From Thermoplasmata archaeon (lineage in GTDB: Archaea; Thermoplasmatota; Thermoplasmata; Halarchaeoplasmatales; Halarchaeoplasmataceae), in the NCBI GenBank assembly GCA_003560595.1, contig PWKY01000066.1, positions 226-64,225 on the forward strand: a DNA stretch of 64,000 nt, in the 5' to 3' direction. The first letter of the stretch is position 1, and each line of letters starts with the position of its first letter. This document shows, piece by piece, positions 20,767 through 29,607 of this stretch. The notes under the pieces were generated by a model. The model was not told where the DNA came from. It ran no database searches and saw only the letters and a list, made by a program, of their open reading frames with translations. The position numbers and the translations under genes were made by a program.

Positions 20767-21511
20767 ATTACCATTTGATAGAACGATATTGTACCTCCCA
20801 GCTGATCTTGAACATCTAGACGGCGACGAGATGCTGGAATTCACCGAAGAGTACACCGGTTTACCGGTAGAATTACGGGATGATTTCTTCCATGAATATT
20901 ACCGTGAGGACCTACCTAGAAGATCGGCTCAGACCAGGGTCAGGGATCTTACCGAAAGGAGGTTCATCGAACCCCTTCCGGTGGAGGTCGATCTTGAAGA
21001 GAAGATAATACATGGAAGGAACGTCCGGGGTATTATCTACGACGGGCGGAGGTTAACAAAGATGATACGGGAGTATATAGCTCCGGCGAAGGGCCATCAT
21101 GTGGTCATCACCGATAGAGCGGTGGGTACTATGGAGGAGCACGATGCCCGCTATCATATTCGAACGCTTATCTGTTCGATCCCTTCTCTTATCTCCACTT
21201 CCGGTATCGTAGAAGGTCCGGCGAAACCGAGGGAGTATTACACCGGCTTGAAGTCGGATCTCGGATTCGAGCCCATGAAGTACGGAGACACTCGTATGAC
21301 GGATGCGGTGAAGTCATACATCCTTCAATCTCTCGCATGGAGGATCACCGGGGAGCCCTTTTGTGAGGATAAAGGGTGCCGTCTTTACAATTCTCACTGG
21401 CAGAAAGAAGTGGTCGAGTATCAGCTGAAAGGTGAGCTGTGTGACGAAGACATGAAATTATTTCGAGAGTTCCAAAATTTTATGTATTCAAAGGATGATG
21501 CGAGGATATGA
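20750..21511 (+). CDS. Conserved hypothetical protein between thi4 and the ThiF-like E1
   Basis: 253-aa ORF whose boundaries overlap thi4 and the downstream E1 gene (ATGA coupling); Cys-containing C-terminal region. Confidence 0.4.
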   Translation: MSFSVELPFDRTILYLPADLEHLDGDEMLEFTEEYTGLPVELRDDFFHEYYREDLPRRSAQTRVRDLTERRFIEPLPVEVDLEEKIIHGRNVRGIIYDGRRLTKMIREYIAPAKGHHVVITDRAVGTMEEHDARYHIRTLICSIPSLISTSGIVEGPAKPREYYTGLKSDLGFEPMKYGDTRMTDAVKSYILQSLAWRITGEPFCEDKGCRLYNSHWQKEVVEYQLKGELCDEDMKLFREFQNFMYSKDDARI

Positions 21512-22497
21512 CAAGGTATTCTCGCCAAACCGTGCTGCCCGAGATCGGGGACGAAGGCCAGAAACGTTTGAGCGAGAGCCGGGTAGCTATAATAGGACTA
21601 GGCGGGCTGGGTTCGGTGATGGCGGAAGGGTTGGCGAGAGCCGGTGTGGGTTATCTTAGAGTGGTGGACAGGGATGTGCTGGAATTATCCAACCTTCAGC
21701 GCCAGGCACTTTATGGCGAAGGAGATATCGGGAAAGCCAAAGCCGAGTTGGTAAAAGAGAAGATAGGCCGGATCAACTCCGAGGTTAGTGTTGGATCTCA
21801 CGTGGTCGAGGTAGGTTCGAAAAATATTGAAAAACTCATAGATGGTGCAGATATAGTATTAGATGCCACGGACAACATGAAAACCCGTTTCATACTCAAC
21901 GATGCCTGTGTGAAACACGGGATACCTTGGATTTATACTTCTATCTTAGGCACCTACGGTATGACCATGGATGTTGTACCCGGAAAAGGCCCCTGCTTAC
22001 GCTGCTTGCTCGTGAAGATGCCGGAACCCGGGAGTATGGAGACCTGTGCCACCGCCGGTGTGCTTTTTTCTTTACCACGGATCATGGCGAACATAGCCGC
22101 CACCGAGGCAGTGAAATATTTAATCGGGGCGGATACGAGAAATACTTTACTGACGATAGATATTTGGAAGAACGATTACGAACAGATCCAAGTGACTCAA
22201 AGAGAAGACTGTGGATGCTGCGCTAAAAAGGATTTCGAATATCTGCAAAAAGAAGACGATCTCACCACTTCCATGTGCGGTAGAGAAGCGGTACAGGTGA
22301 CACCCGAGGAGAGAGTTGAGGTCGATCTAGACAAGTTCGTTAAAAAGTACGGCGGAAAGATGGTAGGGAGATCATTGGCAAAGTTTGAAATGGATGCTTA
22401 CACACTCACACTCTTCAAAGACGGAAGGCTTATCGTCGAGGGGACTGAAGATCCTAAAAAGGCGATAAGTATTTACTCGGAGTACATAGGTAGATGA
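21508..22497 (+). CDS. ThiF/MoeB/HesA-family E1-like adenylyltransferase with an additional C-terminal domain of about 80 aa
   Basis: YSRQ start, nucleotide-binding IIGLGGLGS motif and two CxxC pairs (CLRCLL, CGCCAKK). Confidence 0.8.
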   Translation: MTRYSRQTVLPEIGDEGQKRLSESRVAIIGLGGLGSVMAEGLARAGVGYLRVVDRDVLELSNLQRQALYGEGDIGKAKAELVKEKIGRINSEVSVGSHVVEVGSKNIEKLIDGADIVLDATDNMKTRFILNDACVKHGIPWIYTSILGTYGMTMDVVPGKGPCLRCLLVKMPEPGSMETCATAGVLFSLPRIMANIAATEAVKYLIGADTRNTLLTIDIWKNDYEQIQVTQREDCGCCAKKDFEYLQKEDDLTTSMCGREAVQVTPEERVEVDLDKFVKKYGGKMVGRSLAKFEMDAYTLTLFKDGRLIVEGTEDPKKAISIYSEYIGR

Positions 22498-22501
22498 TAA
22501 G

Positions 22502-23680
22502 ATGGACGTAGAAGATATCAGAAAGGACTTTCCTTTAGTCGATGAATACATATACTTTGATAACGCCTGTTTGACCCTTAAACCGTATCAGGTGATCGAT
22601 GCGGTGGATGAATATTATCATAAGTTTCCCGTCTGCGCCGGACGCAGTTCTCACAGTTTATCCAACCTACTCACCCGTAAGATAATATCCGCTCGTGACT
22701 CGATACGATCGTTTATAAATGCAGACGATCCGTCTGAGATAGTATTCACCAAAAATACTACAGAGTCCATCAACCTGGTCGCACGTGGTATGGGTTTTGA
22801 AAAAGGAGACGCGGTGCTTTCAACGGATAAAGAACACAACAGCAACCTGGCACCGTGGCTTTTGCTCAAGAAAGATAAGGGTATAGAATACGATCAGGTC
22901 CCTTCACTACCGGACGGCACCTTCGATCTAGAGAAGTTCGAGGAGATGATGGATAACGACGTCAAGATGGTCTCCATGGTACACACATCTAATCTGGATG
23001 GTGTGACCATACCTTCAAAAGAGATAGGTAAGATAGCTCACGATCACGACGCTTACTTTATGCTGGATGCCGCCCAAAGCGTACCCCATAGATCTATAGA
23101 CGTGAAGGAGCTGAACGTTGATTTTTTGGCTTTCTCGATCCACAAGATGCTGGGTCCCACCGGTGTCGGCGTACTCTACGGTCGTAGAGAGTTGATGGAT
23201 GAGTTGGACCCCTTGGTGGTCGGTGGAGGCAGTGTAAAGGACACATCATACGAAGAAGTAACTCTACACTCGTCGCCCAATAAGTTCGAAGGCGGACTAC
23301 AGAATTACGCGGGCCTTTGCGGTGTGAAGGCTGCTGTGGATTATTTGCTCGACATCGGTTTGGATAAGATAGAGAAACACGAGATCGAGCTCAACAAACG
23401 TGCCACCGACGCTTTGAAGGATAGAGTCACCATACTCGGTCCCGAGGATCCCGAGTCGAGATCAGGTATATTTAACTTCAACCTAAATGAACTGGGCTGC
23501 CACGAAACCGCCTTACTACTGGAGGAAAGTAAGATACTCACCAGGGGTGGTATGCAGTGTGTACATTCATGGTACAATAAACGAGGTTTGGAAGGGGGAA
23601 CAAGGATTTCTTTTTACCTTTATAACACTGTAGAAGAAGTGGATATACTGGTCGAGACCATGGAGAGCCTGCTGGGTTAG
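22502..23680 (+). CDS. Cysteine desulfurase (class V aminotransferase, SufS/CsdA-like)
   Basis: PLP-lysine context FSIHKMLGPTGVGVLYG and an N-terminal block typical of NifS/SufS. Confidence 0.8.
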   Translation: MDVEDIRKDFPLVDEYIYFDNACLTLKPYQVIDAVDEYYHKFPVCAGRSSHSLSNLLTRKIISARDSIRSFINADDPSEIVFTKNTTESINLVARGMGFEKGDAVLSTDKEHNSNLAPWLLLKKDKGIEYDQVPSLPDGTFDLEKFEEMMDNDVKMVSMVHTSNLDGVTIPSKEIGKIAHDHDAYFMLDAAQSVPHRSIDVKELNVDFLAFSIHKMLGPTGVGVLYGRRELMDELDPLVVGGGSVKDTSYEEVTLHSSPNKFEGGLQNYAGLCGVKAAVDYLLDIGLDKIEKHEIELNKRATDALKDRVTILGPEDPESRSGIFNFNLNELGCHETALLLEESKILTRGGMQCVHSWYNKRGLEGGTRISFYLYNTVEEVDILVETMESLLG

Positions 23681-23961
23681 TCCTCTTTGTTCTCTTCCAT
23701 CACCGGAGCTAATTCCTCGAATAATCTATCGACGATCTCCTTGTCGGTGGTTTTGAACAGCAGCTTTCCCGAAGGGTAGAATCCTACTTCTACATCTTGA
23801 TCTGGATGTAAAGCAACGATGATGACTTCCGAGGTGAACTTCATCTTGTAACCTTTGTTTTCCAACCGATCCTGCACTCCCTCCATGTTGATCTTCGTCT
23901 TCTTTTCAGGCTCGGCAACGTATGCTCCGGAATCCGAACAGGGTTCTACCACATGATACAT
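23677..23961 (-). CDS. Small hypothetical protein
   Basis: 94-aa ORF coupled to the upstream ThiI-like gene; no motif recognised. Confidence 0.3.
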   Translation of the reverse strand: MYHVVEPCSDSGAYVAEPEKKTKINMEGVQDRLENKGYKMKFTSEVIIVALHPDQDVEVGFYPSGKLLFKTTDKEIVDRLFEELAPVMEENKED

Positions 23962-23964
23962 TTT

Positions 23965-24591
23965 TCAACCACCTTTTTTCTCGAATAACAATCCTTCGAT
24001 GAGATCTTCTACATCTAGATATACTTCCTGCTTTTTAACCTCTTTCACCGTACTGCTTACACGGGGTCCGTCGGGAGTCAGCATGCAGCACACCGCCGGC
24101 TGTGTGGATATATCAAAGGTCCCGATCTTTTTTGCGATCTGGATCACCTCTTCTTTATCCAGTCCTATCAACGGCCGGTGTATCGTGATATCTACTGCGT
24201 CGTCTTCTGAAGCGAGATTAGAAAGCGTCTGTGAAGCCACCTGTCCCAGTGACTCACCGGTAGCTATCGCATCCGCACCTATTTGTTTTGCTAGTCTTTC
24301 AGCTCCCCGGTACATCATCCTGCGGCATAAGATGCACTGGAAGTGGCTGCTTGCGTTCTTAGCGATTGATTTTTCGACCTCTGAAAAGTCACAGGTATAA
24401 AAGTCGATATCGTCATGTATTTTCTGCAGCCTTTCAGCCAAACTGTGAACGGCTGCCACCGTGTTGTCATCGGTGAACGGACGGGTATCCATGTATAGTA
24501 AGCTGACCTCGAAACCCGCCTCCGCTAAAAGGTGTGCCGCTACGGGGGAGTCGATACCTGCCGACAGTAATAAAACTACCTTCTGGACCAT
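23965..24591 (-). CDS. ThiI-like PP-loop ATP pyrophosphatase (tRNA 4-thiouridine synthase catalytic domain only, no THUMP domain)
   Basis: PP-loop LLSAGIDSPVAAHLL; 208 aa. Confidence 0.7.
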   Translation of the reverse strand: MVQKVVLLLSAGIDSPVAAHLLAEAGFEVSLLYMDTRPFTDDNTVAAVHSLAERLQKIHDDIDFYTCDFSEVEKSIAKNASSHFQCILCRRMMYRGAERLAKQIGADAIATGESLGQVASQTLSNLASEDDAVDITIHRPLIGLDKEEVIQIAKKIGTFDISTQPAVCCMLTPDGPRVSSTVKEVKKQEVYLDVEDLIEGLLFEKKGG

Positions 24592-25053
24592 GATATACTA
24601 CAAAATACGGTTGAGTATATTATGATTGGGGTTGCGGTGGTGAATGAGCATATCACCATCGAAGAGGTTTTTGGATAGAATGGATCCGTTTTTCATCTTT
24701 AGGGTAACTTAGGAGGTTGTAGAAGTGAACAGAAAAATATACATAGGATCAAAGATATAGATAAAGGTTGAGAGTATGATGATCAAAAAGGTAGGTACAG
24801 TGTGTTTCGTGGTTTTACTTATAGTCAGTGTATTTGGAGGGGTGTTTGGATATGTTGTTGAGGGTGAGTTGGAAGAGGAAAGTAGAGGCGGAGTGGATCA
24901 GTAGCTGTGATTTATCGGGACAGACAGTTTGTATTCGAAAACACTGTGATTTTTTAGATCCTTTGACAAGGGATAAGCCTTTTAGTGGGGAAACCTTTAA
25001 TTATAACGTACAGATAACCCAACATTATAGATTACCCTGGAGCGTAGTACATT

Positions 25054-25509
25054 ATGGTAACAGTATACGACGTGCCTCCTGAAAGGCTCATAGACGAGAT
25101 AAGCAAAAAGCTGAAAGAGACGAAAGAGATCGTTGAACCAGAGTGGGCTCCCTTCGTTAAGACAGGGATGCATAAGGAAAAAGCCCCACTACAGGCTCAT
25201 TGGTGGCACACACGTGTGTCCGCTATATATCGGTCCGTGTATCTAGAGGGCCCTATCGGCATATCTCGATTGAGGTCTAAATACGGTGGATCGAAGGATA
25301 GAGGATCCAAACCTTACAAAGCGGTCAAGGGTTCTGGTTCAATAGTAAGAACCGCACTCAAGCAGCTTGAGGATGCAGGTCTGGTCAAAAAGGATGGTCA
25401 CAAAGGTAGAATAGTCACACCCAAAGGTCAATCTTTACTCGACAATACCGCTTTCGAGGTGATGAAAGATATGGCCAAAGATGATCCAGAATTGTCGAAA
25501 TATCTTTAA
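25054..25509 (+). CDS. rps19e: 30S ribosomal protein S19e
   Basis: Conserved S19e blocks (WAPFVKTG, RSKYGGSKDRG); position at the head of the conserved S19e-L39e-L31e-aIF6 cluster. Confidence 0.9.
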   Translation: MVTVYDVPPERLIDEISKKLKETKEIVEPEWAPFVKTGMHKEKAPLQAHWWHTRVSAIYRSVYLEGPIGISRLRSKYGGSKDRGSKPYKAVKGSGSIVRTALKQLEDAGLVKKDGHKGRIVTPKGQSLLDNTAFEVMKDMAKDDPELSKYL

Positions 25510-25527
25510 GTTAGGTAGTACGATAAG

Positions 25528-25857
25528 ATGGACGAAGAAAGCGAGATGATCAAGCGTAAAAAGCTTGAGCAGCTTAAAAAACAACTCGAAGCGTCTGAAG
25601 CCCAAGAAGAAAGCAACGAACAGTTCGAGCAGGAAAAAGATGCCTTGCTACGATCGTTATTGACTCCTGAAGCAAGGGAAAGATTAGGTCGTGTTAAGGT
25701 GGCTCGTCCCGAGGTTGCTGAGGGTATCGAGCAGCAGATCATCATGCTTGCTCAAAGAGGTATGGTAAAGGGCAAGATAGACGACGAAACACTTAAGAAG
25801 TTGTTAAAGAAAATAACGGATAACCAAAAAGTAAATTTCACTATCAGAAGGCGATAA
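25528..25857 (+). CDS. PDCD5-family DNA-binding protein (COG2118)
   Basis: Sequence blocks typical of PDCD5/TFAR19 homologs; conserved position between S19e and L39e in archaea. Confidence 0.75.
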   Translation: MDEESEMIKRKKLEQLKKQLEASEAQEESNEQFEQEKDALLRSLLTPEARERLGRVKVARPEVAEGIEQQIIMLAQRGMVKGKIDDETLKKLLKKITDNQKVNFTIRRR

Positions 25858-25859
25858 TC

Positions 25860-26015
25860 ATGGCAAGGAATAAACCCGGTCCCAAAAAGCGAAGATTACT
25901 CAAGAAAGGGAATCAAAACAAGCGTGTTCCAGCTTGGGTTATGCAGCGTACAAACAGAAGATTCACCTCCCATCCCAAGAGGAGAAATTGGAGGAGAAAC
26001 AACCTCGATGAATGA
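25860..26015 (+). CDS. rpl39e: 50S ribosomal protein L39e (51 aa, absent from the ORF track because it is under 60 aa)
   Basis: Translation [51 protein letters not shown] read directly from the sequence. Confidence 0.9.
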   Translation: MARNKPGPKKRRLLKKGNQNKRVPAWVMQRTNRRFTSHPKRRNWRRNNLDE

Positions 26016-26036
26016 GGTTGAAACATAGGTGATCAA

Positions 26037-26303
26037 ATGGCTGAACCTGAAGAAAGAGTGATGAATATACCTCTAAGAAAGGTAAAAAGGGACCCAGTTA
26101 GCAAGAGAGCATCTGTTGCTATGGGCATAATACGAAAACACGTTTCTAATCACATGAACGTACCTGAAGAGGACGTTTGGATAGACTCATCCACCAACGA
26201 AGAAGTTTGGAAGAGGGGTATCTCTAAGCCGCCTTCGAAGATCCGGGTCAGGGTAATTAAGTTCGAAGATGGAATTGTAGAAGTATCTATGCCCGGTGAG
26301 TAA
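26037..26303 (+). CDS. rpl31e: 50S ribosomal protein L31e
   Basis: NIPLRKVKR..VEV block and operon context. Confidence 0.85.
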   Translation: MAEPEERVMNIPLRKVKRDPVSKRASVAMGIIRKHVSNHMNVPEEDVWIDSSTNEEVWKRGISKPPSKIRVRVIKFEDGIVEVSMPGE

Positions 26304-26309
26304 TCAAAT

Positions 26310-26960
26310 ATGCTAAAAAAATACTCTATCGAATCGCAACCTTATATAGGTATATTTTCCGCCACCTCCGAAGAGCTAACGGTAGTTATGCCCGTTGAAA
26401 CTTCGGTGTTCTCGGAGGCTATGGAAACCCCTGTAGTCAACACTACCATCGGAGGTACACGTTTGGTTGGAGCATTGTGTGTGATGAACTCCCACGGTAT
26501 GCTCGTAGCGGATATCACCGATGAGAGAGAACTTGAACCTATATTGGAATATACCGGGGTTACACTACTTTCTGAGAAGCACAATGCGTTAGGAAACAAT
26601 ATTCTAGCTAATGATAATGGTGCACTTATCAATCCAAACCTCAGTGAAAAAAGCGAAGAAGCCATCGCTGAAACTTTAGATGTAGATGTGAAAAGAGGTA
26701 CGATCGCAGGCTTAAAGATGGTGGGTTCTCTTGGTGTAGCTACAAACAAAGGAGTCCTCTGCCACCCACACGTGGACCAACAAGAGATGGAATTGATGGA
26801 AGATCTTTTTAAAGTATCAGTTACAAAGACTACAGCCAATCACGGTTCTGGTTGGATCGGTACAAGCATCATCGCAAATACCAAAGGCGCAGTAGTTGGC
26901 GATGCAACGACACCCATAGAGATGGGTAGAATAGAGGATGGTTTGGGATATCTAGAGTGA
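26310..26960 (+). CDS. eif6: Translation initiation factor 6 (aIF6)
   Basis: IGIFSATSEEL and GTSIIANTKGAVVG blocks of the pentein fold. Confidence 0.9.
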   Translation: MLKKYSIESQPYIGIFSATSEELTVVMPVETSVFSEAMETPVVNTTIGGTRLVGALCVMNSHGMLVADITDERELEPILEYTGVTLLSEKHNALGNNILANDNGALINPNLSEKSEEAIAETLDVDVKRGTIAGLKMVGSLGVATNKGVLCHPHVDQQEMELMEDLFKVSVTKTTANHGSGWIGTSIIANTKGAVVGDATTPIEMGRIEDGLGYLE

Positions 26961-27656
26961 AAATACCCATATCTCGGTTTCTTCAGGTATATCACAATCT
27001 AAGAATTCAAGTTCAACGCCTACTTTGTGTATCTTATCTTTATCATAATAAGCTAAAAATGGCTCAACACTTCTGATATTGAGAGAAAGACCTCCTACTT
27101 TATAGTGCATGGGGATGGCAATTTTTGGTTTCACCATATCGATAACTTTTGCTGCCTTCTCCGGACCTATAGTGAAGGTACCGCCTACCGGTATAAATAG
27201 AAAATCCACATCTTTTATCTCCTCCAACACTTCTTTGGAAGGGATATGGCCCAGATCTCCTAGATGACAAAATTCGATCTGATCGGTAGTGAATTTATAT
27301 ATTATATTCTCCCCTCGCTTTATGCCTTCATCTTCGTCATGGTAAGTAGTCAGACCCTCTACTTTCACATCTCCTAATGTAAAGGCTCCTGGTTCATCTA
27401 CTATCTCTGAAGATCGTTTTTTCACTATCCTAGTTGCGTTGTGATCGAAGTGGTCATGACTCACCAGGATGATATCCCCCTCTACGTGCGGTGTTTTTAT
27501 CCCGATGCTTTTTCCATCGTGTGGATCTGTAACTATAACCTGCTCGTTTTCGATCTCAAAACACGCATGTCCATGCCATCTTATCCTCATAAATATCTCC
27601 TCGTTAGTAGCATCCCACATATATTTTAGTCTTGTCCTTTTGAAATAGATGAGCAC
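26952..27656 (-). CDS. Metallo-beta-lactamase-fold hydrolase (UPF0173-like)
   Basis: HxHxDH motif VSHDHFDHN. Confidence 0.7.
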   Translation of the reverse strand: MLIYFKRTRLKYMWDATNEEIFMRIRWHGHACFEIENEQVIVTDPHDGKSIGIKTPHVEGDIILVSHDHFDHNATRIVKKRSSEIVDEPGAFTLGDVKVEGLTTYHDEDEGIKRGENIIYKFTTDQIEFCHLGDLGHIPSKEVLEEIKDVDFLFIPVGGTFTIGPEKAAKVIDMVKPKIAIPMHYKVGGLSLNIRSVEPFLAYYDKDKIHKVGVELEFLDCDIPEETEIWVFSL

Positions 27657-27691
27657 AAAGGATTTAAAAACCTGGGTTAGTTGATAGTTTT

Positions 27692-29599
27692 ATGAAGGAA
27701 GAGATGGAGTCCTTGGAAATAACCGCCGTTTGTAGAGAGTTTCAGTCGTTGATAGGTGGCTACATTCAAAAGGTTTACAAACCGGGTAAAGACACCCTCT
27801 CTTTTAGAATACATGTTCCTGGGATCGGTAAAAAAACTCTTCTTTTCAAGGTGGGTTCCGCCCTTTACCTCACCGAAAAGGAAATAGATAATCCCATGGA
27901 ACCCGGAAGTTTCATCATGTTGATCCGAAAACAACTGGGCAACGCAAGGATCGAAGCTGTTCGACAGCATGGATTCGATAGGGTCATGGTTATCGAATTG
28001 GGCGGAAGGCATACCTTTCAGCTGATATTCGAAGTGTTTGGCAAAGGTAATCTCATACTGGTCGTCGAGGATAAAATACTTCTACCATATCGTTCGGAAT
28101 CCTGGAGACACAGAGATCTGAAAAAGGGTGAACTATACAAATTCCCTCCGTCACGCTTAAATCCATTTGAATTAGATCCAGATGAGATAGAAGAGGAGAT
28201 AAAGAACTCTAAATCGGACCTTGTACGCACCCTTGCCGTGGTCTTAAATCTGGGTGGTAAATACGCGGAAGAGATATGCGCGCGGATGGATGTGGACAAA
28301 AATACCAAGGAATTGGAGCCTCTGATAGATAAAATAGTCAAAGCAGTAGAAGAGATGAAAGCATCGCTTTTCGAGAATGAATTGGAACCATGTGTTATCA
28401 TGGATGAAGACGAAAGATCGGACGCCGTACCGTTTCCCTTAAAAATCTACTCAGAAAAACAGATGGAGAAAAAAGAAACTTACAACGAAGCTTTAGACGA
28501 AGTAATCGAACCGGTGTCTGAAGAGACCGAGGAGAGCAAAGCGAAGTCCAAGATAGAAAGGAGGCTGGATAGGCAGAAAGCTGCCATAGAACCTTTAAAG
28601 ACCAGTATAGTTGAAGATAGGATCAAGGCGGAATTGATATATCAAAACTACAATCTTGTGGACGAACTGCTTAAAACCATATTGGAGGCCAGGGAAGAAG
28701 GGGTGCGGGAAGAGGTTTTTCAGGCGTTATCCAGCAGTGACCGGATAAAACAGATAAACGATGCGGATGAGTATGTGATAGTTAACCTCAAAGGAGATCA
28801 TGATGGTGAGCATCACGATCTGAACGTTCGATTAGACTTCCGTAAAGATGTTAACGCCAATGCTCAGATGTACTATCAAAAAAGCAAAAAAAGTAAAAAG
28901 AAACTAGAAGGGACCAAAAAAGCTATCGAAGAAACCAAGAAGCAGATACAAAAGGGTATGGAGAAAGTAAAGAAAACCAAAAAGAAACCAACACACAAGT
29001 TTTGGTTCGATCGTTTCAAATGGTTTTTATCTTCTGAAAAAAATCTCGTAGTGGCTGGAAAGGATGCTCAAAGCAACGAAGAAGTTGTAAAAAAATATCT
29101 AGAAAAGAACGGTAAATACGCCCATGCCGAGGCTGGCGGAGCCCCCAGCGTAGTCATCAGAAAGGGTGAGGGTGATATAGGGGAAGACACACTCAAAGAG
29201 GCCTGTCAGTTCGCACTCATACATTCAAAAGAATGGAAACGGGGTATAGCCGGAGGAACTGCATACTGGGTTTCTCCTTCTCAGGTAAGTAAAACAGCAG
29301 AGGCCGGTGAGTCACTACCCACCGGTGCATTCGTTATACGCGGTAAGAGAAACTATGTTTCTAACATACCCATGGAAGCGGTTCTTATAGAGATAAAGTA
29401 CGAGGGAAATAAAAAAGTGATGTGTGCTCCATCATGGGCGGTCGAGGATAGCGTATCAAATAAACAAGTGGTATTTACCCCTGGAAAACTATCTGTTGGG
29501 GAATTTGCCAAGGATATGTCAGATCACTTCAAGGTACCTCAAGTTGAGATACAGAAGATATTACCTCCAGGTGATGTTAAGATAATAAAGAAAAAATAA
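27692..29599 (+). CDS. Rqc2/NEMF/FbpA-family protein (NFACT-N plus NFACT-R/DUF814), ribosome quality control homolog
   Basis: N-terminal NFACT-N block, central coiled coil and C-terminal FDRFKWFLSSEKNLVVAGKDAQSNEEV (DUF814). Confidence 0.75.
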   Translation: MKEEMESLEITAVCREFQSLIGGYIQKVYKPGKDTLSFRIHVPGIGKKTLLFKVGSALYLTEKEIDNPMEPGSFIMLIRKQLGNARIEAVRQHGFDRVMVIELGGRHTFQLIFEVFGKGNLILVVEDKILLPYRSESWRHRDLKKGELYKFPPSRLNPFELDPDEIEEEIKNSKSDLVRTLAVVLNLGGKYAEEICARMDVDKNTKELEPLIDKIVKAVEEMKASLFENELEPCVIMDEDERSDAVPFPLKIYSEKQMEKKETYNEALDEVIEPVSEETEESKAKSKIERRLDRQKAAIEPLKTSIVEDRIKAELIYQNYNLVDELLKTILEAREEGVREEVFQALSSSDRIKQINDADEYVIVNLKGDHDGEHHDLNVRLDFRKDVNANAQMYYQKSKKSKKKLEGTKKAIEETKKQIQKGMEKVKKTKKKPTHKFWFDRFKWFLSSEKNLVVAGKDAQSNEEVVKKYLEKNGKYAHAEAGGAPSVVIRKGEGDIGEDTLKEACQFALIHSKEWKRGIAGGTAYWVSPSQVSKTAEAGESLPTGAFVIRGKRNYVSNIPMEAVLIEIKYEGNKKVMCAPSWAVEDSVSNKQVVFTPGKLSVGEFAKDMSDHFKVPQVEIQKILPPGDVKIIKKK

Positions 29600-29607
29600 A
29601 GGGGTTT

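Noticed and set aside
21927-22226. 99-aa ORF internal to the ThiF-like gene (alternate frame)
   Set aside because: Fully embedded in a motif-supported CDS; Arg/His-rich nonsense translation.
21508-22497. ThiF-like E1 as the dedicated E1 of the E2 at 44 kb
   Set aside because: It is embedded in a thi4/desulfurase/ThiI-like sulfur-relay context 22 kb away. It is mentioned as a possibility, but there is no positional support.
24828-25082. 84-aa ORF upstream of and overlapping the S19e start
   Set aside because: Overlaps the rps19e start in another frame; no motif; probably non-coding leader region.
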